A DNA stretch of 64,000 nucleotides from an uncultured Gemmatimonadales bacterium (GTDB lineage: Bacteria; Gemmatimonadota; Gemmatimonadetes; Gemmatimonadales; GWC2-71-9): positions 58,390-122,389 of the forward strand of contig CAVOOB010000001.1 of the NCBI GenBank assembly GCA_963697435.1, written 5' to 3'. Under the pieces are notes generated by a model. The model had not been told where the DNA came from. It searched no databases and worked only from the letters and a program-made list of their open reading frames with translations. Each line of letters begins with the position of its first letter. Positions within the stretch are counted from its first letter, which is position 1. Shown here piece after piece: positions 46,096-56,146 of this stretch. The position numbers were made by a program, and so were the translations under genes.

Positions 46096-47957
46096 GCCGG
46101 CGCGTGCCCCCGGCGATCTTGCCGGGGGCGGCACTCCTCTTCATTCTGGCGGGGCTGTTTCTACGGCTCCAACCCGACCTCTCGGGCTGGAGCCGCTCTG
46201 TATGGATGGCGGGGCTGCTGCTCACCGGCGCGCCGGTGGCATGGCGCACTCTGCGCGGCCTGCTGCGGGGTCGGGCCGCCGCCGATATCGTGGCGACGTT
46301 GGCCATTGCCACCGCCGTGCCGCTGGGGGAGCCACTCGCCGGCCTGGTGGTGGTCCTGATGCAAACAGGGGGGGAAGCGCTCGAACGGTTTGCCGAAGGA
46401 CGTGCCAGTGCGGCGGTCCGCGAACTGGAAGCGGCCGCACCCCACGAGGCGCACCGGCTCCTCGCCGACGGCACCGTGGAGGATATTGCCGCGGAGGCGG
46501 TGGCCATCGATGACCTCCTCCTGGTCCGGCCGGGAGAGATGGTGCCCTGCGACGGCGTCGTCACGATTGGCTCGTCGCCGGTGGATGTCTCCCGGCTGAC
46601 GGGAGAACCGGTGCCCGTCAGTGCTGGCCCCGGCACCCGGCTCCCCAGCGGGTCGGTCAATCGAACGAGCCCACTGACGCTCCGTGCCGAAGCACTCGCG
46701 TCGCAGAGCCTGTACGCGCGCATCGTCGAACTTGTCCGATCCGCCCAGGCGGAGAAGGCGCCGCTGCAACGGCTGGCCGACCGATATGCCGTCTGGTTCA
46801 CGCCGCTCACCCTCGCCGTGTGCGTCGTGGCCTACCTGGCGTCGTCCGACCCGGTGCGGGTGCTGGCGGTCCTGGTGGTCGCCACCCCCTGCCCCCTCAT
46901 CCTGGCCACCCCGGTGGCCATTATCGGGGGCTTGAATCGGGCGGCGCGCCAGCAGATCGTCATACGAAACGGCGGCGCGCTCGAACAGCTCGGCGGCGTG
47001 ACGGTGGCCATGTTCGACAAGACGGGGACGCTGACCGTCGGGCGCCCCGCGCTGGCTCGGGTCGTGGCGGTGCCGCCCTTCACCGAGGCGTCGCTGCTCG
47101 CCCTGGCCAGCGCGGTGGAACATGGATCGGGACATCTCCTCGCCCGTTCGGTGGTCGACGGCGCCCGCACGCGCGCCGTCGGCATGCCGGCCGCGACCGA
47201 CGTGCGCGAAGCACCAGGGGAAGGGGTGGAAGGGCGGGTCGAGGGACGGGTGGTCGTGGTCGGCGCCAGGGAATACGTCCGGCGACGTGCGCCGGACGCG
47301 GCCGAGGCCCTGGACGAGGCGGACGGCGATCGAGCCGCACTCCGCGCCTACGTCGCCGTCGACAGACGGCCGGCAGGCTTCCTGGAGTTTGCCGACGCCA
47401 TCCGCCCGGAGGCCGGCCCGTTGCTGCGGAGGCTCGGCGCCCTCGGCATCACCCGCATGGCGTTGCTCTCCGGGGACCGGCGGGAGAACGTCGAGGCGCT
47501 GGGCGCCAAGCTCGGCTTCACCGAGACCCACGCCGACCTGCTGCCGCAGGACAAAGTCGCCCTGATCGAAGCCGCCATGGCCGACGGGGCGCGGGTCCTG
47601 ATGGTGGGCGACGGCACCAACGACGCCCCCGCGCTCAGTACCGCCACGGTCGGGATCGCGCTGGCCTCGCACGGCGGGGGGATCACGGCCGAGGCGGCCG
47701 ACATCGTGATCCTCGCCGACGACCTCGGCCGGGTGGCCGATGCGGTCGAGACGAGCCGGTGGACCATGCGCATCGCCCGCCAGAGCATCTGGGCCGGATT
47801 GGGGATGAGCGGGGTCGCGATGATCGTGGCTGCGGCAGGCTACATTCCTCCGATTGCCGGCGCAGTCCTGCAGGAAGTGATCGACATCGCCGTCATTCTC
47901 AACGCGCTCCGGGCCGCGGCACCGGGTCCGGCGCTTTCACCTCGGGCGGTCGCCTGA
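46092..47957 (+). CDS. P1B-type heavy-metal ATPase with TPCP transmembrane motif, no cytoplasmic metal-binding domain
   Basis: 621 aa with TGEP, VATPCPLILATP, DKTGTLT and GDGTNDAPAL. QEVID lies in the last TM helix. There is no N-terminal CxxC/HMA domain. GTGA overlap with the regulator stop. Confidence 0.9.
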   Translation: MSRRVPPAILPGAALLFILAGLFLRLQPDLSGWSRSVWMAGLLLTGAPVAWRTLRGLLRGRAAADIVATLAIATAVPLGEPLAGLVVVLMQTGGEALERFAEGRASAAVRELEAAAPHEAHRLLADGTVEDIAAEAVAIDDLLLVRPGEMVPCDGVVTIGSSPVDVSRLTGEPVPVSAGPGTRLPSGSVNRTSPLTLRAEALASQSLYARIVELVRSAQAEKAPLQRLADRYAVWFTPLTLAVCVVAYLASSDPVRVLAVLVVATPCPLILATPVAIIGGLNRAARQQIVIRNGGALEQLGGVTVAMFDKTGTLTVGRPALARVVAVPPFTEASLLALASAVEHGSGHLLARSVVDGARTRAVGMPAATDVREAPGEGVEGRVEGRVVVVGAREYVRRRAPDAAEALDEADGDRAALRAYVAVDRRPAGFLEFADAIRPEAGPLLRRLGALGITRMALLSGDRRENVEALGAKLGFTETHADLLPQDKVALIEAAMADGARVLMVGDGTNDAPALSTATVGIALASHGGGITAEAADIVILADDLGRVADAVETSRWTMRIARQSIWAGLGMSGVAMIVAAAGYIPPIAGAVLQEVIDIAVILNALRAAAPGPALSPRAVA

Positions 47958-47986
47958 GACCACCACACGCTGTTCCGGGAGCCTCC

Positions 47987-50167
47987 ATGACTTCACAGCT
48001 GGAATCGTTCCGCTATGACGACGCCATCGTGCGGAAGTTCCTCTGGGCCACCTTTATCTGGGGCCTGATCGGCATGACGGTCGGGCTGCTCATCGCCCTG
48101 CAGCTGGCGGTGCCGGCCCTGAACCTCGACATTCCCTGGCTCAGTTTCGGGCGGCTCCGCCCCCTGCACACCAACGCGGTCATCTTCGCGTTCGCCGGCA
48201 ACGCCATTTTCACAGGCGCCTATTACTCGTCGCAGCGCCTGCTCAAGACGCGCATGTTCAGCGACCTGCTGAGCGCCATCCACTTCTGGGGGTGGCAACT
48301 CATCATCGTGCTGGCGGCGATCACCTTGCCCCTCGGCTTCACGCAGGCCAAGGAATACGCCGAACTCGAGTGGCCGATCGACATCCTGATCGCCGTCGTC
48401 TGGGTCATCTTCGCCATCAACTTCTTCGGCACGATCGCGAAGCGGCGGGAGCGGCACCTCTACGTGGCGCTCTGGTTCTACATCGCCAGCATCGTCACCG
48501 TCGCCATCCTGCACATCTTCAACAACCTGGTCGTTCCGGCCGGCATGCTGAAGAGCTATTCGATTTATGCGGGCGTGCAGGACGCGTTCATGCAGTGGTG
48601 GTACGGCCACAACGCGGTGGCCTTCTTCCTGACCACGCCGTTCCTCGGGCTGATGTACTACTTCCTCCCCAAGGCGGCCGACAAGCCGATCTTCAGCTAT
48701 CGACTCTCCATCCTGCACTTCTGGACCATCGTTTTCCTCTACATCTGGGCCGGCCCCCACCACCTGCACTACACCGCCCTACCGGAGTGGGCCTCGACGC
48801 TCGGGATGATCTTCTCCGTCATGCTCTGGATGCCCTCGTGGGGCGGCATGATCAACGGCCTGATGACGCTGCGTGGCGCGTGGAAGAAGGTGGTCGAAGA
48901 TCCGATCCTGAAATTCTTCGTCGTCGCGATCACCGCGTACGGCATGTCCACCTTCGAGGGGCCGATGCTCTCGGTGCGCAGCGTCAACGCACTGGCGCAC
49001 TACACCGACTGGATCATTGCCCACGTGCACACCGGCGCCCTCGGGTGGAACGGCCTGCTGACCTTCGGGATGATTTACTGGCTGGCGCCGCGGCTCTTCC
49101 AGACCAAGCTCCACAGCGTCAAGCTGGCCGAGGTGCATTTCTGGCTCGCCACCTTCGGCATCATCCTCTATGCGACCGCCATCTACAGCGCCGGCCTCAC
49201 GCAGGGGCTGATGTGGCGCGCCTACGACGTGACGGGCCGCCTCGAGTATCCGGCGTTCATCGAAACCGTGATGCGCCTGATGCCGATGTACTGGGTGCGC
49301 GTGGCGGGTGGCACGCTCTACCTGACGGGGATGGTGCTCTTCGGGTACAACCTGCTGAAGACGTGGGCGGCGCGCCCGGCCACCTACGAGGAGCCGGTCA
49401 TCCAGGCCGCGCCGCTCGGCGACTACGAGGAGTTGACGGCCCCCCGCCCCGCCGGGGCGCTGGCCCGGTTCGCCCAGGCTGCCTGGCATCGCACCTGGGA
49501 GCGGCTGCCGGTGACCTTCACTGTCATGGTGACGCTGGCGGTCATCGTGGCCTCGCTCTTCGAGATCATCCCGACCTTTCTCATCAAATCCAACGTGCCG
49601 ACCATCGCGTCGGTCAAGCCGTATACACCGCTCGAACTGGCGGGGCGGGACATCTATATCCGCGAGGGGTGCTTCAACTGCCATTCGCAGATGATCCGGC
49701 CGCTGCGCTACGAGACCGACCGCTACGGCGAGTATTCGAAGCCGGGCGAGTTCGTGTACGACCACCCCTTCCTCTGGGGCTCGCGGCGCATCGGGCCGGA
49801 CCTGGCGCGGGAAGGCGGGAAGTATCCCGACCTCTGGCATGTGCGGCACATGAAGAACCCCAAGGACCTCGAAGCCAAGTCCATCATGCCGGCCTACCCC
49901 TGGATGCTGACCGACCAGCTCGACTTCGAGGGGATCCAGGCGAGTGTCGACGCGATGGTGATGCTCGGTGTGCCGTATGGCGAGGCGGTCAACGACGCCC
50001 CCGGCATGGCCCGCACGCAGGCGGAGGCCATCGCCCAGTCCATCGCCTCGCAGGGCGGCCCCACCGACCTCTCCGACAAGGAGATCGTCGCCATGGTCGC
50101 CTATCTGCAACGGCTTGGGCGTGACGTCAGCGCACCCTCGGCGGCTGGCGCCGCGGGAGGGCGGTGA
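47987..50167 (+). CDS. ccoNO: cbb3-type cytochrome c oxidase, fused subunits I and II (CcoN-CcoO)
   Basis: 726 aa in a single frame. The CcoN part starts MTSQLESFRYDDAIVRKFLWATF. It continues into a CcoO part with a TM anchor and the heme motif CFNCHSQMIRP. The ORF-track entry begins falsely at 46820. Confidence 0.93.
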   Translation: MTSQLESFRYDDAIVRKFLWATFIWGLIGMTVGLLIALQLAVPALNLDIPWLSFGRLRPLHTNAVIFAFAGNAIFTGAYYSSQRLLKTRMFSDLLSAIHFWGWQLIIVLAAITLPLGFTQAKEYAELEWPIDILIAVVWVIFAINFFGTIAKRRERHLYVALWFYIASIVTVAILHIFNNLVVPAGMLKSYSIYAGVQDAFMQWWYGHNAVAFFLTTPFLGLMYYFLPKAADKPIFSYRLSILHFWTIVFLYIWAGPHHLHYTALPEWASTLGMIFSVMLWMPSWGGMINGLMTLRGAWKKVVEDPILKFFVVAITAYGMSTFEGPMLSVRSVNALAHYTDWIIAHVHTGALGWNGLLTFGMIYWLAPRLFQTKLHSVKLAEVHFWLATFGIILYATAIYSAGLTQGLMWRAYDVTGRLEYPAFIETVMRLMPMYWVRVAGGTLYLTGMVLFGYNLLKTWAARPATYEEPVIQAAPLGDYEELTAPRPAGALARFAQAAWHRTWERLPVTFTVMVTLAVIVASLFEIIPTFLIKSNVPTIASVKPYTPLELAGRDIYIREGCFNCHSQMIRPLRYETDRYGEYSKPGEFVYDHPFLWGSRRIGPDLAREGGKYPDLWHVRHMKNPKDLEAKSIMPAYPWMLTDQLDFEGIQASVDAMVMLGVPYGEAVNDAPGMARTQAEAIAQSIASQGGPTDLSDKEIVAMVAYLQRLGRDVSAPSAAGAAGGR

Positions 50168-50168
50168 G

Positions 50169-50372
50169 ATGCGGCTCTCCGATATCATGAGCCACGCCGG
50201 GCTCTCCGCCTACGCGGAAATCGCGCTGGTCATCTTCCTGATCGCGTTTCTGCTGATCGTCGTCTCCGTCTTCGCGCCCTCGCGCAAGCAGGAATTCGAC
50301 GAGGCCAGCCGCATGCCGCTGGATGACATCCACCCACAGACACCGCGCCAGAGCCGAGGAGATGCGTCATGA
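50169..50372 (+). CDS. ccoQ: cbb3 oxidase small subunit CcoQ/FixQ-like
   Basis: 67 aa, single TM (YAEIALVIFLIAFLLIVVSVF), followed by APSRKQEFDEASRMPLDD. The ATG is 1 nt after the ccoNO stop. Confidence 0.8.
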   Translation: MRLSDIMSHAGLSAYAEIALVIFLIAFLLIVVSVFAPSRKQEFDEASRMPLDDIHPQTPRQSRGDAS

Positions 50373-50950
50373 GCGCCTCGCACGACGAAGACCGGCTGCT
50401 CCACCACGACTACGACGGCATCAAGGAATATGACAACCCGATGCCGCGCTGGTGGCTCTACATCTTCTGGGGCTCGATCGTCTGGGCCGCGCTCTTCTGG
50501 TTCAACGTCCCGGGGATCGGCGTCGGCAAGGGGATGATCGCCGATTACGACGCCTCCGTCGCGGCGGCCGCCGCCGAGTTTCCTCAGCCGGTGAGCACCG
50601 GGCCGGACGTTGCGGCACTCGTCGCCATGAGCCAGGATCCCGCCGCCCTCACCGCCGGCAAGACGGTGTACCAGGCCTATTGCTCCGCCTGTCACGCCGC
50701 GGACGGTGGCGGCGTGATCGGCCCGAACCTGACCGACAACTTCTGGATCCATGGCGGCTCGCCGGACGCGATCTACGCGACGGTTCACGACGGCGTCCTG
50801 GAGAAGGGCATGCCGGCGTGGGGCCAGAGCCTGAAGCCCGATGAGGTGGATGCGGTGGTCGCGTATGTGATCTCCCTGCAGGGCACCACCCCGGCCACGC
50901 CGAAGGCGCCGGAAGGCACTGCCGTCGAGGCCCCGCCCAGCGGGAGCTGA
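50369..50950 (+). CDS. ccoP: cbb3 oxidase subunit III (CcoP), mono-heme form
   Basis: 193 aa with the CcoP N-terminus (HDYDGIKEYDNPMPRWWLYIFW) and a single CxxCH (CSACH). ATGA overlap with the ccoQ stop. Confidence 0.88.
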   Translation: MSASHDEDRLLHHDYDGIKEYDNPMPRWWLYIFWGSIVWAALFWFNVPGIGVGKGMIADYDASVAAAAAEFPQPVSTGPDVAALVAMSQDPAALTAGKTVYQAYCSACHAADGGGVIGPNLTDNFWIHGGSPDAIYATVHDGVLEKGMPAWGQSLKPDEVDAVVAYVISLQGTTPATPKAPEGTAVEAPPSGS

Positions 50951-50966
50951 GGAGCGCAGCAATCAG

Positions 50967-52370
50967 ATGAGCACGCCGAACGCCTCGCATCCGGCCGCCC
51001 CCGGCCGCGTGCTGGCGACCCTGAACGAAGACGGCTCGCGCCGCTGGATTCGCCCGAAACTCTCCACCGGCCAATTTTGGCGGGTGCGGCGCGTGGTGGC
51101 CTACGCCCTGATGGTGGTCTTCTTCCTCATCCCCTATCTCCGGATGAACGGGAAGCCGCTCGTGCTCCTCGACGTGCCGCACCGGCAGTTCACGTTGCTT
51201 GGCTACACCTTTCTGCCGACCGACACCCTGCTCTTCATGCTGCTGCTGATGAGCATCGCCATCGCCATCTTCCTGCTCACGGCACTCTTCGGGCGGGTCT
51301 GGTGCGGCTGGGCCTGCCCGCAGACGGTGTACATGGAGTTTCTCTTCCGCCCCCTCGAGCGGTTCTTCGAGGGCGGGCGGAGCGGGTCAGCGGCCATGGA
51401 CAAGGCGGGCGGATTCCAGCCGCGACGCATAGCGAAGAACGGTGTGTACCTGGTGCTTGCCCTCGTCCTGGCCCACACCTTCCTCGCCTACTTCGTCGGC
51501 ATCGACCAACTCGTCCAGTGGGTGCGGCAGTCGCCGTTCGAGCACCCGACCTCGTTCCTGATCATGGCGGGGACAACCGCGCTGATCTATTTCGACTTCG
51601 CCTATTTCCGTGAACAGACCTGCCTCGTCGCCTGCCCCTACGGTCGGCTGCAGTCGGTCCTGCTCGACCGGCAGTCGCTGATCGTCGGGTACGAGCCGCT
51701 CCGGGGCGAGCCCCGAACACTCAAGGTCAAGGGCCGTCCGGATACCGCCGGCGACTGTATCGACTGCGGCGCGTGCGTCCTCACCTGCCCCACCGGCATC
51801 GACATCCGCGACGGACTGCAGATGGAGTGCATTCACTGCACCCAGTGCGCCGACGCCTGCGACGCCATCATGGACAAGGTCGGGAAACCCCGCGGGCTCA
51901 TCCACTACACCTCGCAGAACACGGTCGAGGGAAAGCCGAACCGGTTCCTCCGTCCGCGGGTCATCCTCTATCCCGCCGCGCTGGCACTGGCCGTGGGCCT
52001 GCTCGGCTTCAACCTCGGTACCAAGGCCGACACCGATGTCACGCTGCTGCGCGGTGCCGGCGCGCCCTTCACCCGGCAGCCGAACGGCAGCGTGGTCAAC
52101 CAGATCCGCGTGAAGATCACCAACCGGGGCACCGGCGAACGCCGCTACCGCCTCGAGGTGTCCGGCGTGGAGGGTGCCTCACTGATTGCGCCGAACAACC
52201 CGGTCACCGTCTCCGGCGACAAGACCGTCGAGACCAGCATCTTCGTCGTCGTGCCGGAGGGGAGCTTTGCGGACGACCGTCTCCCCTCGACGGTTCGGAT
52301 CACCGATGGCGCGGCCTTCTCCACCGACATTCCGTTCGAGCTGGTCGGTCCGGAGGTCGCCTCTCCGTGA
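50967..52370 (+). CDS. ccoG: cbb3 oxidase accessory 4Fe-4S protein CcoG/FixG
   Basis: 467 aa with the motifs RVWCGWACPQT, CLVACPYGRLQ, CIDCGACVLTCP and CIHCTQCADAC. Confidence 0.92.
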   Translation: MSTPNASHPAAPGRVLATLNEDGSRRWIRPKLSTGQFWRVRRVVAYALMVVFFLIPYLRMNGKPLVLLDVPHRQFTLLGYTFLPTDTLLFMLLLMSIAIAIFLLTALFGRVWCGWACPQTVYMEFLFRPLERFFEGGRSGSAAMDKAGGFQPRRIAKNGVYLVLALVLAHTFLAYFVGIDQLVQWVRQSPFEHPTSFLIMAGTTALIYFDFAYFREQTCLVACPYGRLQSVLLDRQSLIVGYEPLRGEPRTLKVKGRPDTAGDCIDCGACVLTCPTGIDIRDGLQMECIHCTQCADACDAIMDKVGKPRGLIHYTSQNTVEGKPNRFLRPRVILYPAALALAVGLLGFNLGTKADTDVTLLRGAGAPFTRQPNGSVVNQIRVKITNRGTGERRYRLEVSGVEGASLIAPNNPVTVSGDKTVETSIFVVVPEGSFADDRLPSTVRITDGAAFSTDIPFELVGPEVASP

Positions 52371-52843
52371 ACGCGGCCAAGCTCTGGCCCGCCGCCCTCG
52401 TGGCTGTGCTGGCCATGACAGTCGTGGCAAACTTCGCCATCTACTGGATGGCGAACAACGACAGCTCGTTCGCGGTCGAACCCGACTACTACCAGCGCGC
52501 CATCGATTGGGACTCCACTGTCGCGCGTGGAGCGCGGAGCACCGCTCTGGGCTGGGTCACCGATGTCCGGCTCGCACCTCCCGAGTCGGGGCATGCCACG
52601 CTCTCCGTCACGATCACGACCCGCGACGGTCTCCCCCTCGATTCCGCCGACGTGCGCGCCGCACTCAGCCACAACGCGCAGGGTGCACACGTCTATGAGG
52701 TTCGGCTCCTCGCCTCCGGCCCCGGGCTCTACGCTGCCCGCGTCCCCTCCACCGCCCAGGGGCTGTGGCGGGTCGACATCGCCGCCGTGCGGGGAGGCGA
52801 CATCTTCTCGAGGCGCGTGACCGTCGACAACGGGGCACCGTAG
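52367..52843 (+). CDS. FixH-family protein
   Basis: 158 aa from a GTG start (GTGA overlap with the ccoG stop). It has one N-terminal TM helix (LWPAALVAVLAMTVVANFAIYWMA) followed by a soluble domain. Its position after ccoG is typical of FixH. Confidence 0.75.
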   Translation: MNAAKLWPAALVAVLAMTVVANFAIYWMANNDSSFAVEPDYYQRAIDWDSTVARGARSTALGWVTDVRLAPPESGHATLSVTITTRDGLPLDSADVRAALSHNAQGAHVYEVRLLASGPGLYAARVPSTAQGLWRVDIAAVRGGDIFSRRVTVDNGAP

Positions 52844-52848
52844 CCCCC

Positions 52849-53553
52849 ATGAACGCCCTCGTGCTCTCGGTCCTCGGCGCGAGCCTCCTCGGCAGCCCGC
52901 ACTGCGCGGCCATGTGCGGTGGATTCGTCTGCTTCTTCAGCGGACAGCAGGACGCGAAGCCGAGCCGGCTGACCCACGCCACCTACCACCTCGGACGCCT
53001 GATCTCCTACGCGCTCCTCGGCGTGGCCGCCGGCGTCGCGGGTGCCGGCTTCGACCTGGCGGGCCGGATGGCCGGCTTCCAGCGCCCCGCCGCGGTGGCT
53101 GCCGGCACCCTGCTGATCTTCTGGGGTCTCGCCGGGCTGGCGGCCGCCGCGGGTATCGGACGGGGCGCGACGGCGGCGCCCGCCGGATTCCGGAGGTTTT
53201 TCAGCGGCGCGATCGCGCGCCTTGCCAACAAGCCCCCCATCCTCCGGGCCCTCAGCATCGGCCTGCTGACCGCGCTGCTCCCCTGCGGCTGGCTCTATGT
53301 ATTTGTGGCCACCGCAGCCAGCACCGGCTCGGCAACAAACGGCGCCTTGGTGATGGCGGTGTTCTGGGCCGGTACGGTTCCGGTGCTCGCCGGAGTCGGC
53401 GCGCTGGCACAGCGTGCCGCCGGGCCGCTCCGCGCCAAGCTCCCGGTGGTGACCGCGGCGGTGCTGCTTGTCCTCGGCGTCCTGACCGTCGCCGGGAAGT
53501 TCCAGGCTCCGCACGCCGCCGCACACCCTCCCGCGGCACATGACAGCCACTAG
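52849..53553 (+). CDS. DsbD_2 / TauE-like membrane protein commonly linked to cbb3 maturation genes
   Basis: 234 aa from MNALVLSVLGASLLGSPHCAAMCGGF. It is polytopic, with a second Cys motif LLPCGW. Confidence 0.7.
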   Translation: MNALVLSVLGASLLGSPHCAAMCGGFVCFFSGQQDAKPSRLTHATYHLGRLISYALLGVAAGVAGAGFDLAGRMAGFQRPAAVAAGTLLIFWGLAGLAAAAGIGRGATAAPAGFRRFFSGAIARLANKPPILRALSIGLLTALLPCGWLYVFVATAASTGSATNGALVMAVFWAGTVPVLAGVGALAQRAAGPLRAKLPVVTAAVLLVLGVLTVAGKFQAPHAAAHPPAAHDSH

Positions 53554-55964
53554 CGCACCCAGAGACTCGGCGCGCACCACCGCCTGTGTCCACTGCGGCC
53601 TGCCGGTGCCGGCGGCCCTGCTCCGCGCGGACGGCGATCCGTCGTTCTGCTGCGGCGGCTGCGCCACCGCGTACGCCATCATCCACGAGGGTGGGCTCGA
53701 CCGCTACTATGACCTGCCGGAGAAGCGGCTTGCCGCGGTGGCGCCGAGCGGCCGCAGCTTCGACGAGTTCGACCACCCGGCGTTCCAGTCGCTCTATGTG
53801 CGCACCCGCGCCGATGGGACCGCCGACACGGAGTTCTATCTCGACGGCGTCCACTGCGCCTCCTGCGTCTGGCTGGTGGAACGGGTGCCGCTGCTTGTCC
53901 CAGGTGTCATCCGGGCCGAGCTCGAGGTCGGGCGCGCGCTCGCGCGCATCTCGTGGAATCCGGCCGACACCTCGCTGAGTTCGATCGCGCGCTTCCTCGA
54001 TACGCTCGGATATCGGCCGCATCCCTTCCGTGGCCAGCGCGTCGAGGAGATGCGCCGCCTCGAAGATCGCACCGCACTACTCCGCATCGGCGTGGCGGGG
54101 GCGCTCGCCGGCAACGTGATGATGCTGGCGGTCGCACTCTACAGCGGGTGGTTCGCAGGGATGGAGCCCGCCTTCGTCCGCTACTTCCGCTGGCTCAGCC
54201 TGCTCCTGACCGCCCCGGTGCTGCTCTGGCCGGGCCGGGTGTTCTTCCAGGGGGCGTTCGCGTCCTTCCGAACCCGCCGTCTCCACATGGACCTGCCGAT
54301 CGCCATCGCCCTTGGCGCCGGGTTCCTGCGTGGCGTGGCGAATACCGTCACCGACACCGGACCGATCTACTTCGACGGTGTCGCGATGCTGGTCTTCCTC
54401 CTGCTGGTGGGCCGGTTTCTCCAGCAGCGCGCTCAGCGGGCCGCCACCGATGCGACGAGCCTGCTGCATGGCCTGACGCCCGTCGGTGGCGCGGCTGATC
54501 GATGGTGACGCGATCCGCGAGGTCCCCGTCGAGGCACTCCTGCCGGGGGTCACGGTGGAGGTGCGCGCCGGGGAGACCTTCCCGGCGGACGGGACGGTCA
54601 CCGAGGGGAATTCGCAGGTGGACCTCTCCCTGCTGACCGGCGAGTCCCGGCCGGTGCGCGCCGAGCCCGGATCGAAGGCGTGGGCCGGCACGGTGAATCT
54701 CGCGGCGGCGCTGCGGTTGGAGGTCACCCAGGCAGGGGAAGAGAGCCGCGTGGGCCGGCTGGTGCGGGAGGTGGCCGCCGGGGCCGGTCGGCGCGCCCGC
54801 ATCGTGCTGCTGGCCGACAGGATCGCCGGGTGGTTCGTGGCGGCGGTGCTGTTGCTCGCCCTCGGCACCTGGTGGTACTGGCGTGGCGTTTCGCCCGACG
54901 CGGCACTCGACCACGCCATCGCCCTCCTGATCGTGACCTGTCCCTGCGCACTGGCCCTCGCGACTCCGCTCGCCGTGACGGTCGCGATCGGTCGGGCCGC
55001 CCGCCAGGGGATCCTGATCCGCGGCGGAGACGCGCTCGAGGCGCTGGCCCGTCCCGGCACACTCTATCTCGACAAGACGGGGACCATAACCGAAGGGAAG
55101 TTCCGGCTGACCGGTTGGGCCGGTGACGACTCGCTGAAGCCGCTTGTCGTGGCGCTGGAGCGCCACTCGAGCCATCCGGTTGCGGCCGGGTTCCTGGCCG
55201 CATGGCCCGATCTCGAGGCGCCGGTCGCGTCTGGCGTCCGCCAGACGCTGGGCGGCGGGATCGAAGGCTGGGTGGCGGGGCGTGACGTGGTCGTTGGCTC
55301 GCCGCGGTTCGTGCGCAAGCGCGCGGGAGGGTCTCCCCCGATCTTCCGCGCAGCGTCCGCGGCGGACACGCCGGTCTGGATCGCGGTGGACGGCGCCGTG
55401 GTCGCGTCGGCAACGTTCGGCGACCCGCTCCGCCCCGAGGCCCCCGCCGTGATCGAGCAGGTTCGTCGGCGCGGATGGTCGGTCCATCTGCTCTCCGGCG
55501 ATGCGTCCAGGGTCGTCGAGGCGGTGGCTGCCGAGACCGGCATTGCCGGCGGGGCGTGGCGAGGCGAGGTGACGCCGGAGGGAAAGCTCGAGGAGATCGA
55601 ACAAGCCGCGGCGCATGGCCCGGTGGTGATGGTGGGCGACGGCGTCAACGACGCCGCGGCGATGGCGCGGGCCACCGCGGGTGTCGCCGTCCGCGGAGGC
55701 GCCGAGGCGTCGCTGGCGGTGGCCGACGTGTACCTGTCGCGCCCCGGGCTGGGCGCGCTCGATCAATTGATGGAGGGGTCGGAACGAACGCTCCGCGTCA
55801 TTCGGCGCAACGTGGCACTGTCGCTGGTCTACAACGTTGTCGGGGCGGGGCTGGCGATGGGTGGATGGATCAACCCGCTGATGGCGGCGTTCCTGATGCC
55901 GGCGAGTTCGATTACCGTGGTGCTGGCGTCGTGGCGGAGCCGGACGTTCGAGGAGCGGGCGTGA
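53540..55964 (+). pseudogene. ccoI: CcoI/FixI-type copper P1B ATPase, split by a +1 frameshift as sequenced
   Basis: Two ORFs (53540-54508 and 54486-55964) join perfectly if one C of the CCC at 54479-54481 is removed, giving ...LLHGLTP-SVARLIDGDAIREV.... It has N-terminal Cys clusters (CVHCGLP, CCGGC, CASC), TGES, CPC, DKTGTIT and GDGVNDA. The span is 1 mod 3. Confidence 0.88.
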
Positions 55965-56131
55965 GCGTCATCTACGTGGTCCTGCCGATTGCGCTGATCT
56001 TGCTGGCCGGGGCGATTGCGGCCTACGCCTGGGCGGCGCGGCGGGGGCAGTTCGACGACCTCGAGACGCCGGCGATGCGCGCCTTGCACGATGATGAGAC
56101 ACCAACCCGCGAGACACCCCCAAAGACCTAG
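55961..56131 (+). CDS. ccoS: cbb3 oxidase maturation protein CcoS/FixS
   Basis: 56 aa from a GTG start (GTGA overlap with the ccoI stop): (V)SVIYVVLPIALILLAGAIAAYAWAARRGQFDDLETPAMRALHDDE. Confidence 0.85.
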   Translation: MSVIYVVLPIALILLAGAIAAYAWAARRGQFDDLETPAMRALHDDETPTRETPPKT

Positions 56132-56146
56132 GCGAGCGTCCGCCGC

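Noticed and set aside
46820-50167. 1115-aa ORF upstream-extended from ccoNO
   Set aside because: The N-terminal ~390 residues are an out-of-frame read through the P1B ATPase gene (Arg/Gly/Pro-rich). CcoN homology starts at ATG 47987.
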